A stretch of 64,000 nucleotides of DNA. Origin: Hemiscyllium ocellatum. Its lineage: Eukaryota. Where the stretch lies: assembly GCF_020745735.1 (NCBI RefSeq), contig NC_083450.1, positions 10,599,883-10,663,882 on the forward strand. The letters run 5' to 3'. This document shows positions 41,046-53,229 of this stretch, piece after piece. Position numbers and translations under genes: made by a program. Numbering within the stretch: the stretch's first letter is position 1; each line of letters begins with the position of its first letter. The notes below the pieces were generated by a model. That model saw only the letters and a list, made by a program, of their open reading frames with translations, did no database searches and was not told the DNA's origin.

Positions 41046-44000
41046 ATATGTTCTATAACTTCTTCCAATCCACTTACCCAGTTTCTTCCTAATTGTGGTG
41101 AAATTGACACTTTCCTGTTTAAACAACCTAACCCGAGCGCTACTCTTGTCTTTTTCCATGAATACTCGAAATGTAATGGAGTTATGGTCACTAAGTCCTG
41201 GCTCATTCCCTATCATCAAGTATAGTGTGGTCTCCTCTCTGAATGGATTCTGAAGATATGTCTGAAAAACCCTCCTTTTTGCATCTAAAAAATTGCTCTT
41301 CACCTGAGTCTCCGACTCTAAGAACATCCAGATCAATAAGGAAAGTTGAAGTAACCAACCATAACTATACTTCATTTTTCACACTCTGGCTCAGCAGTTC
41401 TGGAAACATTTGTGAAGAGGAATCAGAGTTCCTTAGAACCTAGGAAGGGTCACCATACCCGAAGCATAAACTGTGATTTCTCCTAATTGATAATGATCCA
41501 TTCATTTACAATTCCGGTAAATCTTACTTCAGCGAAATTTGAAACTGCAGGTGTTAATCTCAATTGAGTACTTAGTACATGAGATACTTCTGTGAACTGA
41601 ATTGAATGTTTTGAAAGATGGCTGATTTAATAAAAGTCGTATGTGGGGAAATGATTTGATAGTTTCAATTGGACGATGCATCCCAATAAAAGCAAACGAT
41701 ATAATCCAAGATATTATGGCATTTTTTTATTCAACAATTATTTAGTTGGTGGAAGCAGTTGATATGTGCAAACACTTTTTTTTTATTGACCATCAGAGCT
41801 TGAAAATAGTTGTGAACTTTTGGGGCCATCATCACACCACTTGCTTTTTGTAATTGATGTTAATTATATAGATTCAATGTTGGACGGTGAAAAAGATGTT
41901 TTCAACAGTAATAATGGACAAGCAAAAATCTTGGAGTTCACAGTTAGGGTGAATATTACAGGTGAATATTATATCGTGCCTGCATATAGTATATTATGGA
42001 CCAGATCAGGTCTCTCCAAATATTTTAAGAAGGTAGCATAGAGCGTAACGTATTCTTCTTTTAAAGTCAAATGTAAAGTGCTTTGTTCCACTGGCATGAT
42101 GATTGGTCAAAATGCTCGACATTAAGCAAAACACAGTTTATTCAAACATCGCAATTAAAATATAAACAAAAGAAAGAAAAACTTTGGATAGCTTAATTTT
42201 ATTGGAAATCTTAGCCAAACAATAGATATAGTAGCAATTATTAATTAATTGTTCTAATATAGTGCCGTGTCATAAATACACCCTTTGGCAACAAACGAAA
42301 ATTCATAAAAATACGTCTGTCTCACAGGTAACCCAGCAGCAGAGAGAAACCTCAGTTGCTAGACGTAACGACAAGAGGTTAGATAGCTTTGTCTTCTTCA
42401 AGCCCACAACAACAACTAATGAAAGCTAAAGAAAAACTAGAAAAAGAGGATTGGAGATCATTTTCGTGAAAATAAGCCAACCCATTTCAACTCTTCAAAC
42501 TTAAAAAAAAGTTTAAGAAAGTTTAAGAGCCAGTCAAGCTCTTTACTTGACCGGCTTTGGTAGACTGCTCGAACCTTAGGATTTGTCTTCAAAATAACCA
42601 GGACTAAGTAACCTCTCAATGCCACAGCATCATGATAATTAACAGAGAGGATAAAATGCATGCGAATCTTTAAAGCAAAAAAAAAAACAATTTTAAAGGA
42701 AGTTACAAAGAAGCAATGAAAGCCTTTGCCATCCAACAAATAAATGAAAAGTCCAGTGGTCTGCATCTGTCTCAATAACGTTTTGTAATCGCAAGTTTGA
42801 ATTTGAACAAATAGTGAATAACTTCCCCATCAGATTCAAGTTCTGATTTGTAAATTGCACGTGAAATTGAGTCACAAGTGTTGAATGCTTGGAAGAAACT
42901 TTGAAGTGAGCAACAGCACAGAAAATGCTTTGTGTAAGGGAATGCAATAGTTGTTCTCAGACGTACGTTTAGGACCAGAACTAAGTGGTCTGCTTCGTTC
43001 TGAATGATGTAACTGCAAAAGTCAGATTGCGGCACTTGTTGATATAAACACCAAAGCTGAGTGTCATTAAGGGGAGGAGGAGGGAACATTGTAATAATCT
43101 TGAATTGGTTTGCACCAGCCCAGCTGTCACAGTGAAGCTTCTCAAAACAGTAAATATGGAATAGATTATAGCTGAGAAAATTCTCACTATTAGCTTTACT
43201 TTAATGATGATAGATCAAGGTTAAAAATGTTACCCAGACATTTAATGCGTGTCAATGAGACTTTGTTGGTGTCAGTGTGAAAATGCATTAAACCACAATT
43301 CATATTCTCATATATTCCTCAGTCTACCATTCTCCTCAAGCAAACATTTTACGGTTATTCCATGCAGAACTGTAATTTGCATAACATCATTACGTGTATG
43401 CCACATTTTAAAAACATTCATAAGTGAGTACATACTGCCTGATATCCCCCGATATAACCGATTCGAAAAATTAATTCTGCTTCATTCTCCAAAGATGTTA
43501 TTGGACCGGTTGTGTTTATGCGTAAGAAAATCGGTTGATTAACATGGGATTCAATATTTTAAATGCACTCCTCTATCACCATGTAAAGGCAGCAGGGTAT
43601 CGAAAGCATATACAGATATCTTTCACCAAGGTCATAAAAAAAACCACTCGCAATTTCTACCCATTAACAGAACAAAAGCTGAGAGGCACAAGAAATTTGG
43701 TGCCTCAGTCCAAGCTTCTGTTCGCAATAACCTGGAAATATACTGTTATTCTTCCCACTACCGTCAGTTTAACACTCAATGCATTCAACATACGCTTTAA
43801 TGTCACTTTGACAGCATCTTCATCACAAAATCTACAGCACATATAAGAAACATGGGCTCACTTTCTGATTAGGCATTTTGGATTATTAATAAATGGTTGT
43901 CTTACCAGCAAAAGTTAAAGAATCTAATAACACAAAACAAAACCTTTCACAGTAGTGGCTGAATCTTTTCTATTTTGATCATTCCAGCTTCAAAGTGGTA

Positions 44001-44247
44001 AGTCATTAATGGCAATTGTGTACTGTATTGGTCAGAGGCAATGAAATCTTCTGGAGGGAGTATGGATTCATGCTTCAGGTTTCACTGTGTCAGTCGTTCT
44101 TCTAAATTAAAGTTGCATTTCCGAGCAAATGGACACAGCAGAGATTCGAGAAATGGCTTCTTCACTTATGAGTGTAAAGCGTGTCTCACTGAAGTGCAAT
44201 GTCAGAAATCAAATTGCATGTGCTTCAATTCATGATTATTCGTCCTA

Positions 44248-44292
44248 TCAAAGTATTGGATCTTCAGTAAAAGCCAAGTGAGCATAAAGAGT
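44248..44292 (-). CDS. Candidate terminal exon TLYAHLAFTEDPIL*
   Basis: Acceptor ttttgatttattcctcag, phase 0 matching the preceding exon, and an ITIM/ITSM-like tyrosine motif. Confidence 0.6.
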   Translation of the reverse strand, partial: TLYAHLAFTEDPIL

Positions 44293-47200
44293 CTGAGGAA
44301 TAAATCAAAAACGGTTATTATCTGAGAAATAAATGAACAGTGCGCAGCAACAGCACAATCCCATCTTATAACCCTTCAGCTGGAATTATCTGGATCTCAG
44401 TGTAGCCGTTGTGATTTCCAATTAATCCCAACAGATAAAAAGAAACGGATGAGTATTTTCCAGATATCTAAGCCGCTCAATGTGTCATCTCTGTTCTCAT
44501 GCATGAGCTCATTTTAAGCCTTTTTACCTCTTGACACAAACCCAGAACAGAGCAAATGATTCTCACTTCTATCCAATGACATGTTTTAAACAAACTAATC
44601 ATTGCAGCTGGATCATGCCATTGTTCTTCCATACATGATCTCGATATCTGTATTGGCTGTTGTCAGAATACAATTTCTTTTTATCCTGCAGTCTTTGCAT
44701 AAAATATGCATATTGTAATTATATATAACTGCTGATATTAAATATTAAAATGCCCCTTTTCATTTGCTTTCATTGAGAACATAGAACACAGAACATTACA
44801 GCACAGTACAGTCCCCTTGAACTTTGATGCTGCACTCATCTGCAAAACGTTTCTGAAGTCCACCTAACCTACGCTATTCCATTTTCATCCACATGACTAT
44901 CCAATGAACATTGAAATGCCAATAAAGATGGCGAGTTTACTACTGTTGCAGGAAATATATTCCATGCCTCTGAATATATAAACTAACTCTGACATCTGCC
45001 GTATATCTGTGAACCAACAATTTAAATCTCTGCGCCGTCATGCTAGCCATTACCATGTGAGGAAAATAGCTCTCACTGTCCATCCTGTCTTACCCTCTCA
45101 TTATTTTATACGTCTCAATTAGTCACCTCTCAACCTTCTTCTCTCCACCGAAAACAGCTTCAAATCCCTCAGTCTTTTATCGTAAGAACCTTTCTTTGTA
45201 CTAGACAACAGCTGAGTAAATCTCCTCTGAAACCTTTCTGAAGCTTTCACATCCTTCCTATAATGAGGCGACCAGAATTGTCCACAATACTCCAAATGCT
45301 GCCGCATCAGAGTTTTACACAGCTGCAGTATGAACTCATGGTTCTATAACCCAATCCTCTACTAATAAAGGCTAACACACTGTATGCCTTCTTAACAATC
45401 CTATCAATCTGGGTTGCAACTTTCAGGGACATGGACTCCGAGGTCTCTCTTGTCTCCTACATTACCACGAATCTTACAATTAGTCCAGTACTCTGCACGC
45501 CTTTTGCTCCTTCCAATGTGAATCACCTCACACTTTTCTGCACTAACCTCCATTTGCCGCATCTCGGCCCTGCTCTTCAGATTATTTATGTCCCTTTGTA
45601 AAATGATAAGTAGTGCCATCTTGCATTGATTATAATTCTATCACCATAATCGTTTCTGTCAAAAGTTCCATAAAACTAGTGTAATGATTGTACACATTTT
45701 GATGAGAAAACGAAAATCAATTTTCATGCACTTACCTCTTGTTTTGCAACACGTGATCGAAATTCTGATCTCTCATTGGTGTTCCAGTTGCCTGATGTAA
45801 CGAAATCAGTTAGATCATTTAAAAATTACATTACACTTACAGTGTGGAAACAGGCCCTTCAGCCCAACAAGTCCACACCAACCCACCGAAGCGCAAACCA
45901 CCCATACCCCTACATAACACTACAGGCAATTTAGCATGGCCAATTCACCTAACTCACACATCTTTGGACTGTGGGAGGAAACCGGAGCACCCGGAGGAAA
46001 CCCACGCAGACACGGGGAGAACATGCAAACTCCGCACAGTCAGTCGCCTGAGTCGGGAATTGAACCCGGGTCTCAGGCGCTGTGAGGCAGCAGTGCTAAC
46101 CACTGTGCCACCGTGCCGCTCACTAATTAGGTTCCTTAAGGTAAGAATAGAAGAACACAAGAACACGAATAATTTGTTGCATTAAAAGACACATCCTACC
46201 TAAGTCACAATTTCTGTAGCGGTATCCCATGAAAACTGTAAGCATCACGACAAGGACAAGCATCGCCATTATAGCCCCAGGAAACATCAAAAGGCAAGTG
46301 ATGAGTGGTGGTTCTAAGGAAAACAGAGATACAGCTAAAATGCATATTAACAAACAGCTCAGGAGACGCATCAATGCAAAAATAGCTGGCGATTCTGGCT
46401 CGATTGTGCAACTCATAATTGTCCTGAATTAAATTAAATCGAAGACAGACTGAAACATGGAGAGAGAGAAAAGGAAGGAGAGGCATGCCTTTAAAGAAAC
46501 AATCACAGAATCATAGATTCATACAGATGTGCAGCACTAAAGAGGCTGTACTTTCCAACTTGTCCATGCTATCCATACACCCACATTAATCCAGTCTTAT
46601 TTTGCTAGCATCTGACCCATATCCTTCTAATCGTTGCTATTCATATAACCCTCATGATGGCTTTTAGGTATTGTAATTGTAACAGCGTCCACCACTTCCT
46701 CGGGTAACTCATTCCATATACCCACGATCCTCTGCATAAATAAGGTACCTCTCAGTCCCTTTAAAACTTATCCGCTCTCAACTTAAACCTTTGCCCCCTA
46801 CTTTGGAGAAACGACCTTGGGTCTTCACTCGCCACATGTCCTTCATTATTTTATAAACTTCTAAAAGATCACCTCTCTACCTCGGACTCTCCAGGCAACA
46901 TCAACCCCAACCTATTAATACTTTCCCTATACTCTTCAAACACGGAAACTTCCTTGCAAATCTTTTCTGAACTTTTTAAAGTTTTGCACAGCCTTCATTC
47001 ATCAGAGAGATCAGAATAGAAGGGAGTAGCCAAAGGTGGCCTAAGCAATGTTGTGTACAGCTGCAATATTATTTTCAATTACTAGACGCAGTGTACAAAC
47101 TAACAAGTAGATCAAACGCCTTCTTTACAATTCTCTCTATGCACGATTCTCCTTTTCAGTAGTTGTGAACCTGCACTTCAACGTTCTTTGTTCAGCAACA

Positions 47201-50200
47201 CTCCCAGGACCTTACCATTAACTGTATAAGTCCTTCCCTGTTTTGCCTACAAAAACGCAGCACGTCAACTTAATCTAAATTGAACTCCACCTGCCACTCC
47301 TTATCCCATTGGCCCATCTGACCAAGGTCCAATTGTGCATTGAGTTAACCTTCTTGGTTGTCCACCACACCAACAACTTTGGTGACATCTAAACATCTCC
47401 TAATCATGCCTCCTATGTTAGCATCCAAATAATTTACCTAAATGGAAAACAAAAAGCAGGGGACACAGCGCCAATCCTTGTGGCACACCGATGGTCACAG
47501 GCTTTCATTTCAAAAATCAACAGTCCACCACGAGACTCTCTTTTCTACATTCAGGCCAACTATGCTTCCAAATGTCTAACTCTCACTGCATTCCTTGTGA
47601 TCTAATCTTGCTAACCAGTCTACCGTGTGGAACCTTGGAAAGAATCTTACTGATGTCCAGATAGATCATGTCCCCCACATCGCCTTCATCAATCCTCTTC
47701 ATCACTTGTTGAGAAAAACACAATCAAATTAGTGAAAAAGTGATTTCTCCTGTATGAAGACAGGGGACAATCCTTTGTTGACAATATCTAATCATTCCTT
47801 GCCATTCGAAATACAGGTAAATCCTAATCTTCAGATCCCCTCCAATAACTTGACTGCTACTGATGTCAGGCTCGCGGACCTGTGGTTTCCAAACTTTTCC
47901 TTACTGGCTTTCATAAATATTGTCACCACATTAGGTAACCTCCAGTCATCTGGTATCTCACTGGTGTCCAGTTCATAGAACAATATAACTTCGCAAGTAT
48001 CATCCTGATTGGCAGAATCTACATTTGCAAATTTCTATAAATTACTCTATTAACGCAAAATCTAAACGTCTGTTTGTACCTCTCTACATCTGTTTATCTG
48101 TTCCAATAAACAGCTACTTTTCTCGTTTCTGTTGTACATCGTTTCATCCATATTACCAGTTTTATATTTTCAGTAGCATACAATAATTTGTGTCTATTGA
48201 GAAGGGTGAAGATGTTGAAGTGTGAAAATATTGATGTGTGAGTCACAAATTTATTGAATTACATAATGATCATATCACCTTTCATCATTTAACTATTAAA
48301 GTGTTCGCTTAGAAATACTAGCTGAAACATTTTTGACATCAGTTCCATAAATAATTACATCCCTCACAATCAGTCCTCGCTCCAATTTTTAACTTTTCAT
48401 CACTTGAATGGCGATTTGAAGTCAAAATCTTTATCCAAAACCCATTTGGCTTTCCACAACTATATTCAACTAAATAATCCTTCATTATCTCTGTTGGATG
48501 AAATATTCAGTGGACTATTTTTGTTTCTAGTTACAGGTGCTTGGCGCTACGTGGAAAAACATCCAAAATATGTAAATTCACACAGTCTGGTAAGGACGAA
48601 AGAGAATGATAAAAGTTTACATCAGCAAACACAGAGTTGCAAAGCAAAATAACAAGTGATAGCTTATGCCAAACGAATATTGATTTACTCAAACTTGAAG
48701 CATGATGGATTGATATGTTGCTTAAGTGCAAATGGGTATACATGCAGTGGTGAACATTCAAGAAAATGATTTACTGCAATGAGATGATAAGATAATGTTT
48801 GTACCAATTAAAATAATTGAGAAACCTATGTTTTTGTAATTGCTCTGAAAGGAACTCGGCTTGTGAAATAATTTGATAGGATAGTATTGGACAACATCTT
48901 TTGACGTGGACATAAAGCACTCAGATTTCTTAAATACTCGTGGGAGAAAGAGACATAAAGACAGCCAAATATTGTGATAGCTTCATCAAAATAAATATTT
49001 TGGAAGATCCTTGAATGAGCATTTAAATAAATGTTAATTTCGTTTTAATCACTGATTGTTTTAAGCTACATTATGTATTTCTGTGATATGAATGCTATGA
49101 AACACAGAGGATAAATCAGAAATATTATTAGAGAACATAGGGATCTCGAATTAGATAATTATTTTTCCATTTTAATCAGAAGACGGTCAGACCATACATC
49201 TATCCCTGCTATATAAAAATGATCTACTTCAACGGATTCGCATAATCATTCCGTAAGTTAAATTTCGACTGAGTTATCTGAAGCAGGTAATTGTTTGAAA
49301 ATTCATACATTGATGCAAAGGAAGGGAGCACCGTTAATGGATAAAAGCACGTATTATTAACAATAAGATCTAATATTCATATTAACCTGAAAGATCAACT
49401 GTGATGTTCAATATTTACCTCTCTGATCTAAGAGCTTTTCACTGACAAGACTTGCAGTTGAGTTGATTTGAACTGAGCATGTACAGACTGTACCATATTT
49501 CCACGCTTCTGCTGGAACTCTGATATGACTTATGATACTGTATCCCGTGGCAGAGTTCATTGTCACAAAATCTGACCAACCCTTAGCATCCCAAGTGGAT
49601 ATATTCCATTCGATGACAGCAGTATCAGATATCACGTTGCTCACTAAACACATCAATGGGACAAATTCCAAAGAAAACATTTCATCCAGCGGTGTAAACA
49701 AAACAATTATTTCGGGTCGGCCTGATGATTTTGGGAGATAACATAAAAATATGAGTTAACGTTGTTGATTATTGATCGTGAAATCTGTAAGTCTGTAGCT
49801 ATTCTTACCTGTTATGAGGACTTTTGATCCATTTCCGAATACTAATGGGTTAAGGTACGATTTCTTATTGGAGCAGTAATATAGACCAGAATCATTTCTC
49901 TGGATATTGCGAATCACAAGCGAATACTCAGTTGATTTGCTGTTCACTTCTCCAGAAAATCTTCCATCTGGAGGTAAGTGCTTGCCCACTGTGTAAACGA
50001 ATTGCAAACGTTCTCGCAGCTGTTGTTTATACCATAGAACGGCATCATATGTCAACTGACCCGTGTGACAATGCAATTTAATTGTATTTCCAATTGAGAC
50101 CATCTGACGCGCTGGCATCTGCAGGAACGTTTTCTGAGGGACAGTAACTATGAAAACAGAGTGTATTATAAACAATTCTGATGAGCTTCAAAAAATTGTG

Positions 50201-50754
50201 TGCTTAGCGCAGGTTTAATGTATGAAGTTTGGAAAGCATCATTTTTCCGGAATGACTATAAATCAAAATAACGAATTACTTTAATTGATAATTGAGAAAC
50301 TTGTATCAATAGGAGGAGAAAGAAATTTAAAAAAAACGAAGGAACGATAGAAGGAACCTATACAAGAAATGAAATTACTTATAACTACGGTCATAAATTC
50401 AAAGTGGAAAAAATAAGTGTGCACAGAGGGGAAGAGGATGATCTGACAAATAGCAATTCTATAATTAACGTAATTACTGTTTCCATCACTTTGATGGAAG
50501 ACTGAATACTGACCCAGCGCTGTAAATTGACTTTTCACCTGGTTTCTCTTTTACAACCCACGAAATATGCTAAAACTGTTTAATTTACAGACATTAGATT
50601 GTAGATTTCTTCGTCACAACAAATAATTCAGCACTTAAGATTTCTCTTGACCAAATTTCCCTTCATCCTTCACCAGAAGTACACTGAAATTATAAAGAAA
50701 GTCAGTCAAACCTGCCAAAATCTGAAGCAGCGTGCAGAGAGGTAAGATATTCAT
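44248..50754 (-). CDS. Non-rearranging VJ-C1-TM-CYT immunoglobulin-superfamily receptor, 299 aa; join(50754..50712,50147..49809,49721..49419,46313..46200,45791..45736,44292..44248)
   Basis: Six exons, all with GT-AG introns and phases 1,1,1,1,0, give 900 nt of open frame. Domains: leader MNILPLCTLLQILA, V (LHC, WYKQ, DSGLYYC, FGNGSKV), C1 (LMCLV, EW, YSIISHIRV..W..CTC), TM, and a tail with TLYAHL. Core exons are high confidence; the leader and last exon are less certain. Confidence 0.85.
44780..45600 (-). mobile_element. Intronic CR1 3' end
   Basis: LEYCGQFWSPHYRKDV..FSVERRRLRGD peptide and a CR1 tail (gaacatagaacacagaac). Confidence 0.9.
45736..45791 (-). CDS. Cytoplasmic exon GNWNTNERSEFRSRVAKQE
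   Basis: Acceptor tttcgttacatcag, consensus donor GAG|gtaagt, phase 1 to 0. Confidence 0.75.
45826..46120 (-). mobile_element. Full-length HE1/V-SINE-type SINE in the TM-cytoplasmic intron
   Basis: tRNA-like head with A box TGGCACAGTGG and B box GGTTCAATTCC, conserved core, (tgtaa)n tail. Confidence 0.95.
46200..46313 (-). CDS. Transmembrane exon EPPLITCLLMFPGAIMAMLVLVVMLTVFMGYRYRNCDL
   Basis: Acceptor tctctgttttccttag, donor TAG|gtagga, phase 1 to 1. Hydrophobic span is followed by the basic stop-transfer RYR. Confidence 0.85.
46500..47980 (-). mobile_element. Intronic decayed CR1 LINE
   Basis: Reverse-oriented CR1 RT and 3' sequence with the tail at about 46505 (cacagaatcatagattcatacag). 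Confidence 0.8.
49419..49721 (-). CDS. Ig C1-set domain exon
   Basis: GRPEIIVLFTP..VPLMCLVSNV..IEWNIS..GYSIISHIRVPAEAWKYGTVCTCSVQ, with catcag acceptor, GAG|gtaaat donor, phase 1 to 1. Confidence 0.95.
49809..50147 (-). CDS. Germline-joined V-J Ig domain exon
   Basis: Canonical B-strand Cys, C-strand Trp and DxGxYxC, then CDR3-like SNKKSYLNPLV and the J motif FGNGSKVLIT in one exon. Acceptor ttttcatag, donor CAG|gtaaga. Confidence 0.97.
50712..50754 (-). CDS. Leader (signal peptide) exon MNILPLCTLLQILA
   Basis: 43-nt ATG exon ending in phase 1 at CAG|gtttga, the typical Ig/TCR leader size, 564 nt upstream of the V exon. Confidence 0.7.
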
Positions 50755-53229
50755 TGCCTGTGGGTGAAGTTCTCACTGTGACATTTAAAATGGCTGATTT
50801 TCTTTGTGGACCACAGCCTTGAGGCAATACAAACTAAAATACACAGCTGTAGCAATTATCATCAGCATTCAACAGTAGCTGAATGGAAAGTACAGAATCA
50901 CTTGCATGATCATTGTGGGTTTCCTGTTTACATGTTAACCATCCCCGTTTGCAAAGGTCATTCGATCACCATGCAGTTTGCTAAAAGAAAAAAAAATGCA
51001 TTTTTTTCTGCCACTAACTTATCATCATAAATCAACTTTCTGTCTGTTTCATTCCCTGCTGGTTCCGCTCCTATTCATCATCAAATGTCTCTTACTGGGT
51101 GGGTGGCAGCAACTTTCCGAAGCAAGAGAACACTGTAAATTCACCCTTCCATTAATGGAAGCACAGAAGTCAAAGGCAGTAGCAGTGTCTGTGTGACGTA
51201 AATACTGTACTCTCCGAGATAGCCTTTCGAATGAGATCTTAAACGAAGACACTTCTGTTCTTCCAAGAGATCAGAAGCATTATTTGGCCAGACTTTATCA
51301 AAAGGTCCAGGTGAATTACCCTGTCAGTCTTAGACGAATCATCTCCAACTTACTTTTTGTTGCATTACTTTTCTGCAAGACTGACAGGGTCTTATACCAT
51401 ATCCAGATGCAGTCTATTGCAACCTTGACATCATTTTAAATCTTAAAACCTTGTCATGCAAGTAGTTTGAGACGTCCTTCCTGCATGAATATGTGTTAAC
51501 TTTCAACGGTGTTTCTCTCCTTTCTGCTGTTAAACATTTATATCAACAACCATCAGCTTGATTGATACTGTATAGTAAGACGCTCAAACTTGATTCGACT
51601 TGAACTATTCAGTAGAATTGTTCACTCCATGAACCAGCAAATGCAAATTTGTATCTCTTTTTGCATGTTCTGAAAGCATTTGGTGGACAAAAATAATTAT
51701 CTAAATCAATCTGTATCATGTTATCAATTATATTCTAACAATCATGTTTAATTAGATCTCAAACACAGATATATTACACATAGATAAGGAATGTATTTAC
51801 ATTTAGCGTTTATTTGAATATGAGCTAATTATGATATGATATGATATGCCAGCAAATATTTTTGCAATTAATTGTTATGTTTCGATTCATATAATCAATC
51901 GGGAGAATAATTTTGAATATGTTTACAAGGCGTTTTTTGAATCAATATGATAGTCGTACACAAGTGAACAATGTTGCAGCTGAGTGGCAAGAGGGCACAA
52001 ATAACTCATAACTAGGATAATAATTCACAATTGATTGTACATTAGAATATAACTATTACATGAAGGTAGAGTCATTTAATTTACATCTTATGTTGAAAAT
52101 GACAAAAAAAGGCTTCACTTGATCTTGGCAAATATAATACGAAGGAGCAGTTGTATAGATATTAAGAACTATTCAAAAGAAATCACGTAAGTACAGGCAC
52201 AAACCCATAAAGATACTGATCAGTGGTAAATTCAATATTAACAACAAACTATGCACATTTTCTTTGCTCATGACTGCGAGGGCATTGACTTCATAGATGT
52301 ACCAAGTTCAAAATTAACCAGATAATTAGCCACATTGTCTAAGAATTCTTCAGTGAACTCTCAAATGGATCATACAAAGCAATAAAAGGAAAATCCATAG
52401 TGGTATACATATCCCATAGTATATTCTGAGATAATGCTGAAACAAATGTCAACAGAATTTGTGTTACTGCTTATAAATGTTCACATGAGTTATTTCGAAT
52501 AAATTCGTGATGACACTATGTGTTATTAACCCTGCACTCCATGCACTAATGATCTGAAGGCTTATCTTTATTACACCACTATGAAAACTGGTAGAAATTA
52601 AAGCACAAAGAAGAATGTTACGATAAAATATATACTTAAAGGCAATTAAAAACTGTTAGGAGGCCTTACTGGATGTTAAAAAAAATCTTGACTGTGTTGA
52701 GAACACTTCATACGAAAGCGATTTCAGGTTTGGAGTTGAAACAAATCTGGAGGAGTTTGTTTACGTTCTGTGCCAATTACATTAATTTTTTATCTATCTG
52801 CAAGATAATGCGCTATTCCTTCAGCACATTTTATTTTTTTCTGGAGTACTACTGCCGGCCTATGACTGTATTGAAGCAGATTGGCATCTGGAAGCATGGG
52901 GTAATTTTTACAGACATGGCACAGATGTTCGACAAAGTTATCAGCCAACCTACATTTCTTTACTGCAGTGTAAAGGAGAATGTATTGTGAGCAGTGAATG
53001 AAAATCGATTTAGGTAAAGGTAAATCGCTGCTTCAATTGAAAAGTGAGCTTGGGGTCTTCGATCATGTGAAGGAAGCAGGTAAATTGACAAGTGTTAGAC
53101 CATCTGCAATTGCATGTGAAGTTGTTGTGGGTGTGTGACGATGGTTTACGATTGGAGCACCATGTTCCAGAGGAAATGGTGCTGTGAATGCTGTTAAGGC
53201 ACACAAGTTAAAAATAATTCTGATGGTGG

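Noticed and set aside
43128-43155. CACAGTG plus 12-nt spacer plus ACAGTAAAT (RSS-like)
   Set aside because: The nonamer matches only 5/9 and there is no adjacent V, D or J segment.
46205-46449. Strong acceptor at 46450 giving a TM-less exon (VCLRFNLIQ..)
   Set aside because: The peptide has no recognisable features and overlaps the convincing TM exon in another frame. A soluble isoform cannot be supported without cDNA.
48531-48589. Plus-strand exon-like segment flanked by ctag and gtaagg
   Set aside because: Single short candidate antisense within an intron, with no partner exons.
50753-50780. Minus-strand CACAGTG, 12 nt, ACAGGCAAT just upstream of the leader ATG
   Set aside because: The nonamer matches only 4/9, and the position is wrong for a V-segment RSS.
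51318-51390. 14-bp perfect inverted repeat with a 45-nt spacer (pre-miRNA-sized)
   Set aside because: The interior does not pair and it sits at the edge of an old SINE-like fragment.
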